Notes: generated by a model from the sequence alone, not told the origin. Counted from the first letter of the stretch, positions 25,001-33,896 are shown. The stretch: 50,884 nucleotides of DNA from Nitrospirota bacterium (GCA_016195465.1 JACPZO010000042.1:1-50884); one strand, 5' to 3'. Numbers and translations are program-made.

Positions 25001-25493
25001 GTTTGGAGACGATCTTGTCGATGACGGCCCCCGTCCCGCCGGCGCACTTGTCGTTCATGCTCGGGAACTTCCTTTTCTTGCCGGTGGTCGGATCGGGGAT
25101 CCAGATGATGATCTTCGCGTCCTGGCCCCCCAGTTCGATGACGCTCCCCGCGTCCGGGTGGAGCGTCTCGACGGCCAGGGAGACGGCGTTCACCTCCTGG
25201 ACGAACCGGGCGCCGATGAAGGGGGCGAGGACGTTCCCGCCGCTGCCCGTGATGAAGGCGCGGGTAGAATCCCCGCGGCGCGGGAACCGCCGCTCGATCG
25301 CATCGAGGAACTCGAGCGTCTTCTCGGCCTGGCGCGTCTCGTGGCGCTCGTAAGCCTGCCAGAGGATCCGGTTCGTCCGCGGATCGACGACGATCGCCTT
25401 GACCGTCGTGGACCCGACGTCGAGACCGATCATCCATGGGCCGTTGGGGGTGTTCATCAGGTTCCGCTTCCTCGCGTTCCGTCGGAAATCCAA
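22023..25493 (-). CDS. Fusion protein: two BcrAD/BadFG-type (ASKHA) activase ATPase domains plus dehydratase-like/DUF2229 C-terminal region
   Basis: 1156 aa. 'IGLDVGSTTVKAIVVD' and 'LGIDGGSTSTKAVLM' are phosphate-1 motifs of two tandem activase modules, with 'GGQDAK' / 'GGQDIK'. The C-terminal half resembles the neighbouring 573-aa protein family. Start may be ATG 25457. Confidence 0.85.
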   Translation of the reverse strand: MDFRRNARKRNLMNTPNGPWMIGLDVGSTTVKAIVVDPRTNRILWQAYERHETRQAEKTLEFLDAIERRFPRRGDSTRAFITGSGGNVLAPFIGARFVQEVNAVSLAVETLHPDAGSVIELGGQDAKIIIWIPDPTTGKKRKFPSMNDKCAGGTGAVIDKIVSKLKLDPETLGTLSFADQKLHPVAGKCGVFAETDINGLQKQGVPAPELMASLFEAIVQQNLSVLTRGNTLRPRVLLLGGPNTFIPAMRDAWRTNIPRLWAERKTPLPEGVDPADLIVVPENAQFFGALGAVLYGKEEEAGVGIYKGRADLARFVDGGRKAMRAAMGEPGLLAESEGLESLRRAFGVPSFTPARFSPGERVEAYLGIDGGSTSTKAVLMAPDGTILAKSYRLSAGNPLDDTREILRELDEQVKSQGASLAIRGVGTTGYAKDMLKETLLADVAIVETVAHTQSALHYHPEADVIVDVGGQDIKVIFLKHGAVKDFRLNTQCSAGNGYFLQATAEKFGYAVADFADAAFRAERLPVFSYGCAVFLESDIVNFQQLGWEKEEILAGMARVLPKNIWLYVVQEPNLAKLGRTFVLQGGTQHNLAAVKAQADFIRTKVPGARILVHPHTGESGAIGAALEARRVVPHGRTAFVGIEAAALLSFTTTRDESTRCNFCKNDCLRTFVDTKPPEGDARRFIIATCEKGMVESLDDLRKVKGRFDRIKKENPNLVEIAGDAAFRSTAVRKKEEAGDPAASARPSRGTARWLSLPSARARREKIRIGIPRVLNFYSTAPFFVGYLESAGVPFRNIVFSTETDNKMYKEGSRRGSIDQCFPSKAVISHVHQLIQSSGKKGKGLDLIFFPALINLQSPLTNTIAGQACPTVSATPSVVKAAFTKEGDLFAEKGIRFADPIMHMGEPALLDREMWEFWRPVLRLSRKEHAAAMEAGWRAMDRFANEIQRAPARALLDRLEAEGRVGVVLLGRPYHNDPGLNHEILVEIQKRGYPVFTMDSLPTDADLLGRLFGGEVEAGAIEGPMDITDVWKNAYSANSSWKIWAAKFTARHPNLAAVDLSNFKCGHDAPIYDVVESILEATATPYFAFHDIDENRPAGSIKIRIETIDYFLRRYEEGLRRGKSLEAELEERVRAYRAERFSSLFLTENDLKEIEML

Positions 25494-25585
25494 ACATCCA
25501 AGTAGACTGACACGTCAGTCTTGTTCCGATCCGCAATCCTCCCGGCTCCGAAAGGTTCTCCTCCGGGGCATGGCGGATGACGGGG

Positions 25586-26338
25586 CTAGATGGGGAGTGT
25601 GAAGCCCTCCAGGCTCGGCGCGGGTCGGCTGTCGCCGCCCATCCAGCGAATCGGAACCACGACTCCGCGGAGACCGAACTCGAGGATCTCGTCCACCACT
25701 TCTTCAACGTCGGGAGAGGGCGTGGCGGAGAGGAGTTGGCCGACCAGTTCCTTCACGGCCCCGAGAAGGGCCGCGGCGACCAGGCGCGTCCGGCAGGGAC
25801 GAACGAGACCCATCGTGATGCCGAGCTTCAGGGAAGATTCGAGTTTGTCCGTGGCCATGCGGTAGAAGCTGTCCAGCCGCTCGGCGCTCTCTGTGTCGAG
25901 CGTGACCGCGTGGTAAAGCAGGATATGCGAGAGCGCGGTGTCGTCGAGGAGAAACGAGATAACCCGCCGCAGGTTGTCCCGGAGCTGGCCGAGAGGGGGC
26001 GGAGCGTCGGGAGAAAGGCGGATCACCTGGATCCGGTCGAGCAGGGCCTCCAGGGTGTACGTGAGGAGGGAGTCGAATACCTCCCTCTTCGTCCGGAAGT
26101 AGAGGTAGAACGTCCCGCGTGCGATCCCCGCCCGCAGGATGATCTCGGCGATCGACGCGTTGTGATAGCCGCGCTCGGCGAAGACCTCTTTCGCCTTCTG
26201 AAGGATCTGCGCCCGACGGTCTTCACGCAGGCGGGCGGCCCGATCGATCCGGATCGCGTCGCTCGGCGAGTCGGCGTTCTTGAAAGATGCAAGCGGCAAT
26301 GATGCGGCGACCGGTCCCACGACGGCCCTTTCCTCCAT
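25586..26338 (-). CDS. TetR-family transcriptional regulator
   Basis: Start at ATG 26338. HTH 'YHNASIAEIILRAGIARGTFYLYFRTKREVF'. Confidence 0.85.
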   Translation of the reverse strand: MEERAVVGPVAASLPLASFKNADSPSDAIRIDRAARLREDRRAQILQKAKEVFAERGYHNASIAEIILRAGIARGTFYLYFRTKREVFDSLLTYTLEALLDRIQVIRLSPDAPPPLGQLRDNLRRVISFLLDDTALSHILLYHAVTLDTESAERLDSFYRMATDKLESSLKLGITMGLVRPCRTRLVAAALLGAVKELVGQLLSATPSPDVEEVVDEILEFGLRGVVVPIRWMGGDSRPAPSLEGFTLPI

Positions 26339-26540
26339 GGGGGTTTGAGGTGCCTGCCGTCCCGTTGAAGGGTCCACCCATACCACGCCGGCAAGGCGTC
26401 CGTCAAGCGTCAAGCCGGAACGGGACGGACTGCCTTGTGGCCGGGAAGTCCGTTCTTGTATCATGATGAACCGCGTCCCGCCCGGGCGGGACGCCGAATC
26501 CCCGCCCCTGGGAGCGGGGGTAAGGCGCACGCATGTAAAT

Positions 26541-26597
26541 ACCTCCAAGCACCTTGGAGGTTGAAGGCCCCCGCCTTATAAGGCGGGGGCCTTCAAC
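26541..26597 (+). promoter_or_regulatory. Two adjacent perfect hairpins in the tetR-rpoH divergent region
   Basis: ACCTCCAAG-CAC-CTTGGAGGT (26541-26561) and the 38-nt perfect palindrome GTTGAAGGCCCCCGCCTTA|TAAGGCGGGGGCCTTCAAC (26560-26597), ending 16 nt before the rpoH ATG. Confidence 0.4.
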
Positions 26598-26612
26598 AAA
26601 CGATTCGCGAGG

Positions 26613-27647
26613 ATGGCATCCTTGCCGGAAGAACCGGTCGACATCGAACTGGAGGGCTCCGTCGTCGAGGCGGAAGATCCTCCTCCCGAACCGGCCGCCG
26701 AGCCGGACCTGGTCGAGCGGGAGCGGACCGGAGGGGAACTTGCGCTCTACGATCCGCTGGTCCACTATCTGGCGGAGGTCCGCCGCGCACCCCACCTGAC
26801 GCGCGAAGAAGAGCACGGCTTGGCCGTCCTCTACCGCGAGCACGAGGACAGGGATGCCGGGGCACGGCTGATTCTGGCCAGCCTGCGGGTGGTCGTCTTC
26901 ATCGCCATGGAATACCGCCAAACCGGCATGCCGATCCTGGATCTGATCCAGGAAGGAAATCTGGGCCTTCTCCAGTCCCTCAAGAAGTTCGACCCCCACC
27001 GGGGAATTCGGCTCAACACCTACGCCTCATGGTGGATCCGCGCGTATATCCTCCGCTACATCCTGGCCAACTGGCGGCTCGTCCGGATCGGCACGACTCA
27101 GGCCCAGCGAAAGCTCTTCTACAATCTCCGGAAGGAGCAGCGGCGGCTCGAGGCCCAGGGGTTCGAGGCGGGGCCGAAGCTCCTCGCCGAGCGGCTGGAC
27201 GTCCGTGAAAAGGACGTGATCGAGATGGACGCCCGGCTCGGGGCGTGGGATCTGCCGATCGACCAGCCGGTCCGGGCGGACAGCGAAACGAGCCTGGGAG
27301 ACCTCCTTCCCGCGCCGGGGGACGGAGCGGATGAGACCCTGGCCAAGCGGCAGTTCGCCGACCTGTTCCGTCGGAAGCTGGCCGAGTTCGCGGGCGCTCT
27401 CTCCGAGCGGGACCGGGTCATCCTCATGGAGCGAATCGTCGCCGATCCCCCCAGGACGCTCCAGGAGATCGGGAACAAGTTCAAGATCAGCCGGGAACGC
27501 GCCCGTCAATTGGAAGCGCGGATCCTCAAGAATCTCAGGGTATTTCTTCGCGAGTCGATCCCCGATCTCGACGCGATGGGGATCCTGCCGCTCCCGGGGG
27601 ACAAAAAAAGGGGGGGCTGGCGCCCCCCCTCCGATCGAGCGTCTTGA
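26613..27647 (+). CDS. rpoH: Heat-shock sigma factor (sigma-32 family)
   Basis: 'QAQRKLFYNLRK' RpoH box, region 2 'LIQEGNLGLLQSLKKFDP..G.RL.TYASWWIRAYI', region 4.2 'LQEIGNKFKISRERARQLE'. Confidence 0.85.
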   Translation: MASLPEEPVDIELEGSVVEAEDPPPEPAAEPDLVERERTGGELALYDPLVHYLAEVRRAPHLTREEEHGLAVLYREHEDRDAGARLILASLRVVVFIAMEYRQTGMPILDLIQEGNLGLLQSLKKFDPHRGIRLNTYASWWIRAYILRYILANWRLVRIGTTQAQRKLFYNLRKEQRRLEAQGFEAGPKLLAERLDVREKDVIEMDARLGAWDLPIDQPVRADSETSLGDLLPAPGDGADETLAKRQFADLFRRKLAEFAGALSERDRVILMERIVADPPRTLQEIGNKFKISRERARQLEARILKNLRVFLRESIPDLDAMGILPLPGDKKRGGWRPPSDRAS

Positions 27648-27654
27648 TCCCGCG

Positions 27655-28107
27655 TCAGCCCTTGACCACAACGTCGATCTTCTTGGGCTTGACCTCTTCC
27701 TTCTTCGGAAGGGTGACTCTCAAGACGCCCTTGTCGTAGACCGCCTTCACTTTCTCGGTTTCCACCGTCTTGGGCAGCGTAATCGTCCGGTGGAACGCTC
27801 CGTAGACCCGCTCGACCCTGTGGTAGTTCTCGCGGTGCTCCTCGTTCTCGAGCGTCCGCTCGCCGGAGATCCGAAGGGTCTCATCCTCGATCTTCACTTC
27901 GATGTCCTTCATCTCCATCCCGGGAAGCTCCGCCGTGAACTCCATCTTGTCGGCGTCTTCGTACATGTCCACCGCCGGGATCCACTCCGCGTAAATCCGC
28001 CCCTCGGCCTCAGTCACCGGATGGAAGAACGGCTCGCCAAAGAGACGGTCGAAGCGGTCCCGAAGAAGCTGCACTTCTCTCCAGGGTTCCCACTTGACGA
28101 GTGTCAT
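27655..28107 (-). CDS. Small heat-shock protein (Hsp20/alpha-crystallin)
   Basis: 150 aa. 'PAVDMYEDADKMEFTAELPGMEMKDIEVKIEDETLRISGER' and 'GVLRVTLPK' make up the alpha-crystallin domain. Confidence 0.9.
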   Translation of the reverse strand: MTLVKWEPWREVQLLRDRFDRLFGEPFFHPVTEAEGRIYAEWIPAVDMYEDADKMEFTAELPGMEMKDIEVKIEDETLRISGERTLENEEHRENYHRVERVYGAFHRTITLPKTVETEKVKAVYDKGVLRVTLPKKEEVKPKKIDVVVKG

Positions 28108-28364
28108 GACTGTTCACCTCCTGACCAGCATGGGGGTCTTCCCATAGACCCCATTTCCACCTATGAGCCTATTTTTTCAATTCGGAAGAACCCGCCCGCT
28201 TGAGGCGATGAATCCACAGCCGGCTCGCTTCGCGCGTTTCGCCCTCCCAAACGGGCTCTTCCGAAGGTCTAGTCCCTATTTAATCACCCCCTCCCGCCTG
28301 TCAAGGGCCGGTCGGCCAAGGCCGCCTCGGCGTGGGTCGCTCGTTCTGGCTCCGACTTAACTGG

Positions 28365-28513
28365 ATGCTGAAAAAGTCCATCCATGGCTTTTTCAGCCAC
28401 GACTTGCGCGAAGTGAATTCGCGCAAGTCTTTCAAATCGTTCGACACCAAATCTCCGCGATTTGGCGGTGCATCCCTGCACCGCGCGCAGGCTGCTGTTT
28501 CTCAGCAGCCTGC
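28365..28513 (-). repeat. Multi-hairpin dispersed element, copy 3 (inverted relative to copy 1)
   Basis: Its reverse complement matches copy 1 hairpin for hairpin, with one internal indel. It lies between the divergent hsp20 and FAD-oxidase starts. Confidence 0.85.
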
Positions 28514-28539
28514 GAACCCGCTCTGGTAGAATCCCGCCC

Positions 28540-31341
28540 ATGTCCCGCTCCCGCCGTGAGGCCAGCCATTTCCTGACGGAACTCGTCTCTGCTTTTGGAC
28601 CGGAAAAAGCCGGGATCGACGCCGCAAGCCGGCGGGTCTATTCCGTTGACGCTTCCATCTACCGGGTCGATCCCGGGGCCGTTCTCGTTGCCGAAAACGA
28701 GACGGACGTTGTTCGCGCCCTGGCCTTCTGCCGGGAGCGGGGGATCCCTCTCACGGCGAGGACGGCCGGGACGAACCTGACGGGAAACGCCGTCGGCTCC
28801 GGGATCATCCTCGAACTCTCCCGAATGGGTCGGCTGCTTTCCGTGGACAAGGAACGGCGGGAGGCGCGCGCCGAGCCCGGCCTCGTCTGCGCGGAGCTCG
28901 ATCGAGACCTGGAACCCCACGGGCTCATGTTCGCCCCCGATCCCTCCAGCGGCGACGTCTGCCGGATCGGCGGGATGATCGCCAACAACTCGGCCGGCCC
29001 GCGAACGGTCAAGTACGGGGCCGTGAAGGACAACCTCTCCTCCCTCCGGGTGATCCTTCCTGACGGGGCGGCGATCGAGGCGCGGTCCTTTGCCCTGGAC
29101 GAGCCGGAGTTCCGGCGCCTTCTGGCCGAGCGGCCCGAAATCCGGACGGCGTTCGACATCGTCCGGGACAACGCCGCGCTGATCCGGTCCCGCCGGATCG
29201 GCGTCTCCAAGAACTCCGCCGGGTACAATCTCTTCGACTTGGCGGACGGGATCGCCGCCGGGCGGTTCGACCTCCACAAGCTGTTCGTGGGAAGCGAGGG
29301 GACGCTCGGGATCGTGACGGAAGCCGCGCTCCGCCTGGTTCCGCGCCCAGTCCGCACCGCGACGGTCTTGATCTTTTTCCGGCGGCTGGCGGAGATCGGC
29401 CCGGCCGTCGGAAGGATACTCTCTCTCCGTCCGTCCGCTCTCGAGATGCTGGACGGGAACACGCTGGACTTGATCGGCCGGGACCGGTTCGACGTCCCGG
29501 CCGACGCCCGGGCGATGCTCCTCGTCGACCTGGACCAGGAACCGATCGAGGAGGTGGCCCGCGTTCTGGACGGAATCGTCCGGGGTTACGACCTCGCGGC
29601 CCCGGCGCAGATGGGGACGGACCCCGAGGCCAGGTCGCTTCTCTGGCGGGCACGGAAGGCGATCTACCCGACTCTCTACCGGTACGGCGGCGGCAGGAAG
29701 CCGATCAACTTCGTGGACGACGTGGTCGTGGCTGCCGAGCGGCTTCCCGAGCTGATCGAGTACCTGGAGGAGTACTTCCGGGGCATCAACGTGCCCGTCG
29801 CCTTGTACGGCCATATCGGCGACGGGAACGCCCACATCAACCCGCTCCTCAACTTGGCCGACGCGGCCGACTTCCGGAAAATGATTCGAATCTACGGTGA
29901 GATCCACCGGATCGTGACCACGAAGTTCGGCGGCTCGATCTGCGGAGAGCACGGCGACGGGCGCGTGCGGGCGGAGTTCCTGCGGGACCTGTACGGCCCC
30001 CAGGTGTACGATCTCTTCGTCCGGATCAAGCGCGCGTTCGATCCGGACAATTTTCTGAACCCCGGGATCAAGCTCTCGGATGTGCCGTTCACGGAATCGA
30101 TCGACGTTCCGCGCCTCGTCAAGCCGTGCGCTACGTGCGGGAAGTGCAACACCGTCTGCCCGGTTTACGACGTCCGGACGACCGAGAAGATGGGCGCGCG
30201 GGGGTGGTACACGCTCCTCACCGATATCTCTCTCGCGGAAGAAGCGGAGCCGGTCGTTGCGGCCTGCCTCAACTGCAAGTCCTGCCGCGCGGTCTGTCCC
30301 GCCGGCGTCGACGTCTCGGCCCTCGTTCTCGAGAGGCGCGCGCGCCGCCCGGACCCGGCCATCGGGCGGCTCTTCCGCCTCCAGGCGGAAAGGCCCAGGC
30401 TGTTCGAGGGCCTCGTCAAGACGGCCGCTCGAACGCGCCTTCTCTGGGACAACCGGCCCGGCCGGACCGCGGTCGAGGCTCTCTCCCGCTTCTACCTCCG
30501 CGATCTTGGGCCGCGGGCGAGGATCCCGCGGGAGATGGTTCTGCCGCCTCTCGCGCGGAGGACGCTCAGAGAGCGATTCCGGCCTCTCACGGAGGAGCGC
30601 GGAGCGAAGGGACGCATCGCCTACTTTCACGGCTGCGCTGGGAATCTTTTCGACGACGGCGTGGGGGACGCGACGATCGCCCTTCTCCGTCGTTTCGGCG
30701 CCGAGCCCGTCCTCCCGCGCCAGGTCTGCTCCGGGACGCCGATCGAGACGTACGGCCACGTCGATCTTCTACGCGACCGCGCCAGGATCAACATCGAGTC
30801 GCTCCTCCGGTACGAGACGGTCGTCACGGCCTGCGCCTCCTGCACGCTCTCTCTCCGCGAGTACGAGAGGCTCTTCGAGGACATCGCGTGGCGAGAAAGG
30901 GCGCGGGAACTTGCGGGGAAGGTGCGGCATGTGACCGAGTATCTTCTCGACGACATGAACGCGCCGCCGCCCGCGGCCGGCGTTTCTTTCGGCCGCGTGA
31001 CGTATCATTCCTCCTGCCACATGCGGGCAGCGGGCGTAACGCGCCAGCCGCGCGAACTTCTTCGCCGGATTCCAGGCGTCCAATTCGTCGAGATGCGCGA
31101 CGCCGACCGTTGCGCGGGCGGCGCGGGAACCTACGGGATGAAGGACCCGGAGACGTCCGCCGCGATTTTCGAAAGGAAGCGCCGGGGAGTCGAGGAATCG
31201 GGCGCGGACGTCGTCGCGACCTCCTGCCCAGCCTGCATGATCCAGCTTAACAACGGACTCAAGGGTTCGCGCCGCGTGATGCACGTCGTTCAAGTGCTGG
31301 CGGAGGCGTACGGCCTCGCTTCGGCGGCGGGCGACCCATGA
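28540..31341 (+). CDS. FAD-linked oxidase fused to Fe-S / CCG-domain module (GlcD-GlcF-like, D-2-hydroxyacid dehydrogenase type)
   Basis: Start at ATG 28540. FAD-binding 'ARTAGTNLTGNAVG'. Ferredoxin motifs 'CATCGKCNTVCP' and 'CLNCKSCRAVCP'. Cys-rich 'YFHGCAGN' and 'YHSSCHMR' repeats. Confidence 0.85.
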   Translation: MSRSRREASHFLTELVSAFGPEKAGIDAASRRVYSVDASIYRVDPGAVLVAENETDVVRALAFCRERGIPLTARTAGTNLTGNAVGSGIILELSRMGRLLSVDKERREARAEPGLVCAELDRDLEPHGLMFAPDPSSGDVCRIGGMIANNSAGPRTVKYGAVKDNLSSLRVILPDGAAIEARSFALDEPEFRRLLAERPEIRTAFDIVRDNAALIRSRRIGVSKNSAGYNLFDLADGIAAGRFDLHKLFVGSEGTLGIVTEAALRLVPRPVRTATVLIFFRRLAEIGPAVGRILSLRPSALEMLDGNTLDLIGRDRFDVPADARAMLLVDLDQEPIEEVARVLDGIVRGYDLAAPAQMGTDPEARSLLWRARKAIYPTLYRYGGGRKPINFVDDVVVAAERLPELIEYLEEYFRGINVPVALYGHIGDGNAHINPLLNLADAADFRKMIRIYGEIHRIVTTKFGGSICGEHGDGRVRAEFLRDLYGPQVYDLFVRIKRAFDPDNFLNPGIKLSDVPFTESIDVPRLVKPCATCGKCNTVCPVYDVRTTEKMGARGWYTLLTDISLAEEAEPVVAACLNCKSCRAVCPAGVDVSALVLERRARRPDPAIGRLFRLQAERPRLFEGLVKTAARTRLLWDNRPGRTAVEALSRFYLRDLGPRARIPREMVLPPLARRTLRERFRPLTEERGAKGRIAYFHGCAGNLFDDGVGDATIALLRRFGAEPVLPRQVCSGTPIETYGHVDLLRDRARINIESLLRYETVVTACASCTLSLREYERLFEDIAWRERARELAGKVRHVTEYLLDDMNAPPPAAGVSFGRVTYHSSCHMRAAGVTRQPRELLRRIPGVQFVEMRDADRCAGGAGTYGMKDPETSAAIFERKRRGVEESGADVVATSCPACMIQLNNGLKGSRRVMHVVQVLAEAYGLASAAGDP

Positions 31342-31973
31342 GCCGGGAGGTCGTGCGGGTCCTGCGGGCCGATCCGATCATGCGGCGGATCGTGGAGCGG
31401 GTCGGGCCGCCGCGGATCGCGCGCCACCGCGGCCGGTTCGAGGCCCTCGTCCGGGCAATCGTCTACCAACAGCTTTCGGGAAAAGCGGCGGGGACGATCT
31501 ATCGCCGGGTTCTCCTGTCCGTAAACGGGAACGGGCCGAAGCGCGCGCCCATGCCGGAGGAGATGCTGGCGGCGAAGCCGGCCGTTCTGCGGGCCGCCGG
31601 ACTTTCCCGCCAGAAGACGGCCTACCTGAAGGATCTTTCGGCGAGGGTCTTGGACGGCCGTCTGCCGCTCGCGCGGCTCGGGCGGATGGGCGACGACGAG
31701 GTCATCAAGAGGCTGACCGAGGTCAAGGGGATCGGCCGCTGGACGGCGGAGATGTTCCTGATCTTCTCGCTGGGCAGGTCGGACGTCTGGCCCGTGGATG
31801 ACCTTGGGCTCAGGAAAGCCGTCATGAAGGCGTACCGGCTGAGGGAGATGCCATCCCCTTGGGCCCTCGCGGCACGCGGAGAGCGCTTCAGGCCTTATCG
31901 CTCCTACGCCACCTGGTACTTCTGGCAGTCCCTCGCCCCCGGCGAGCCGGTCGATCCGCTGAATGCGGGATGA
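31338..31973 (+). CDS. DNA-3-methyladenine glycosylase II-like (HhH-GPD)
   Basis: 'LTEVKGIGRWTAEMFLIF' HhH-GPD loop and 'WPVDDLGLRKA' catalytic Asp. ATGA overlap with the upstream gene. Confidence 0.85.
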   Translation: MSREVVRVLRADPIMRRIVERVGPPRIARHRGRFEALVRAIVYQQLSGKAAGTIYRRVLLSVNGNGPKRAPMPEEMLAAKPAVLRAAGLSRQKTAYLKDLSARVLDGRLPLARLGRMGDDEVIKRLTEVKGIGRWTAEMFLIFSLGRSDVWPVDDLGLRKAVMKAYRLREMPSPWALAARGERFRPYRSYATWYFWQSLAPGEPVDPLNAG

Positions 31974-32147
31974 CGGATCCGGCGTCCCTCTGGACGCGGC
32001 ATTTGATTTCCTCCGCCACGACATGCCGCGGGCCAGGACCCGAGGCGTATTCATTCTCGGTCCACATGACACAGGGAGGAGCATGCAATCTAACACAACT
32101 AACAATGTAGCCCGCCGACACGTCCCCCACCGAGCCCAACGAAGGTC

Positions 32148-32175
32148 TTGATATTTCCTCGGATAGGTGTATCAT
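32148..32175 (+). promoter_or_regulatory. Sigma-70 promoter candidate TTGATA-16 nt-TATCAT for vapBC
   Basis: Hexamers at 32148-32153 and 32170-32175. AAGGAGGA RBS at 32183-32190. Confidence 0.5.
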
Positions 32176-32194
32176 TAAGTGTAAGGAGGAGTGT

Positions 32195-32413
32195 ATGCGG
32201 ACCAACATTGTATTGGACGACGACCTGGTGAAGAAGGCGGCCCGGCTTACGGGGATCAAGACCAAGCGTGCCCTCGTCCGTGAGGCGTTGCGGTCTCTCG
32301 TTGAGACAAGGGAAAGGAGAAGTCTCCTCGATCTCGCTGGAAAGATCGCTTTCGCGCCTGGGTACGACCACAAAGCCCTCCGCGAGGCGAAGCTCCGCAA
32401 GGAGAGCCGTTGA
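32195..32413 (+). CDS. vapB: VapB-type antitoxin
   Basis: 72 aa. 'MRTNIVLDDDLVKKAARLTGIKTKRALVREAL' is the typical type II antitoxin N-terminus. It overlaps the PIN gene by 4 nt. Confidence 0.8.
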   Translation: MRTNIVLDDDLVKKAARLTGIKTKRALVREALRSLVETRERRSLLDLAGKIAFAPGYDHKALREAKLRKESR

Positions 32414-32808
32414 TCGTTGTTGACACGTCCGTTCTGATTCCATTCCTCAAAGGAAGCTGGTCTCGTCCAGCGGATCGCCTCAGAGAGGCCGAACGGGACA
32501 AACTGCCGGTAGGCATCCCCTCGATTTGCGGTCAGGAGGTGCTTCAGGGCGCTAGAGATCCCCACGAATGGAGCCTGCTCCTCGAGACGCTCTCCACGCA
32601 GAGGATTCTCGTTCCAGCGGATCAGTGGCAGTCGCACGTTGACGCGGCCCGGATCTTCTTCGACTGCCGGCGAAAGGGGATCACAATTCGAAGCACGGTG
32701 GACTGCCTTATCGCCCAGATTGCCCTTGAGTGCGACGGCATCCTCCTCCATGATGATGAGGATTTTGAGCGGATCAGGAAGGTCCGTCCTCTTCGGACCA
32801 TGCGCTAG
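32410..32808 (+). CDS. vapC: PIN-domain toxin VapC
   Basis: 132 aa with TTG start. 'IVVDTSVLI' (Asp), 'GQEVLQG', 'DCLIAQIA', 'LLHDDEDF' acidic PIN residues. Confidence 0.85.
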   Translation: MIVVDTSVLIPFLKGSWSRPADRLREAERDKLPVGIPSICGQEVLQGARDPHEWSLLLETLSTQRILVPADQWQSHVDAARIFFDCRRKGITIRSTVDCLIAQIALECDGILLHDDEDFERIRKVRPLRTMR

Positions 32809-33018
32809 CCCGGATTATTCGTGAATGCCGTTGCGAAACGGCCGAGACCGAAGCCCGCCGGGGCTTCTCGCAAGTGAGGCCGATGCAGACATACTTGCAG
32901 TCTGTCGAGGAGGCCGAACGAGAAAAACCCCGCAGTAGTCAACAATTCAGCCAACAACCCGATTTCTGATCGGCCGGTTACGTATGGCGTCCCCTGAATT
33001 GCCCCGCAGATCATGCGG

Positions 33019-33552
33019 TCAGTCCTGACCGCGCAGTTTTCGTACAACTGCAAGAAAACCGTTCGTTCCCGCGAGAAGCCAGACGGCAAACGCGATCTGC
33101 CCACCGGTCGCCGCGAGATTACCGAATTTCGTCGGAGTTAGGATTGGCTCCGAGATCATGGAACGCCCCATCGAAACCCGCCATTGAAGAAACAGCATTT
33201 CAGAGAGCTGGAAGACAACATCAGAAAAAGCACGGAACAGGAGATACGCCCCGAGGACACCAAAGGCCAATTGCTCCAGTTGTGGCAGGAGTCCCGCTGT
33301 ATCCTGGGAAAGGCCGTCGATGCGAACAATCTTGTTGGTGATCGTTCGTGGAAAAAAGAAAAGAGACGCGCCCACAAGCAAGGGAATTGTCAACGGAACG
33401 CCTATAACGAACGTGCATTCGAGGTACGATTTCTTCATGAGCAAAGCCATGCCGGAAGGGATCCAGTTGGGGAGGTCAGCAACCGTAAGAACTATGATGA
33501 CCAGCCCTGTCACTCGAATGAATAGAGATGTCAAGTCTTTGTAATCCATCAT
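33019..33552 (-). CDS. Hypothetical membrane protein
   Basis: 177-aa ORF with 4-5 hydrophobic segments, in a lower-GC stretch. No family recognised. Confidence 0.5.
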   Translation of the reverse strand: MMDYKDLTSLFIRVTGLVIIVLTVADLPNWIPSGMALLMKKSYLECTFVIGVPLTIPLLVGASLFFFPRTITNKIVRIDGLSQDTAGLLPQLEQLAFGVLGAYLLFRAFSDVVFQLSEMLFLQWRVSMGRSMISEPILTPTKFGNLAATGGQIAFAVWLLAGTNGFLAVVRKLRGQD

Positions 33553-33896
33553 TCGCCTCGCACGGCCTCACTGTCCGAACGATTGGGTGGCGCAACATGC
33601 GAGTACATCCGGGATCCATGCGGATACCGTCGGGAGCCGGGACGCGGTCCGGATCTGGTACGTTGGCGAGTTGAGCAAGTTCTTGCTGGGCTGGATGTGG
33701 CGCGAATGGTGAGGGTTGCGCGGGTTTCGTGGCAGGGAACGGCTGGAGACCGGAGGCTGGAGGGCACTCGTTCTCTCCTCGCTGGGGATGTGAAAAAGGC
33801 TTTGTCGAGAAGAAGCTACCACCATTCCCATCGAGTTTCAAGGCCGGCGAGGGGTCGCTTGCACAGGCTTGGAGGGAAGGTGACAGGCAGTTTCCC

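Noticed and set aside
28108-28200. Sigma-32 promoter or ROSE-type RNA thermometer upstream of hsp20
   Set aside because: A TTGAAA is present, but no CCCCAT-type -10 lies at 13-15 nt. The GGGGTCT/AGACCCC hairpin (28133-28152) does not pair with the GGAGG SD. No CIRCE element is present. This remains an unsupported guess.
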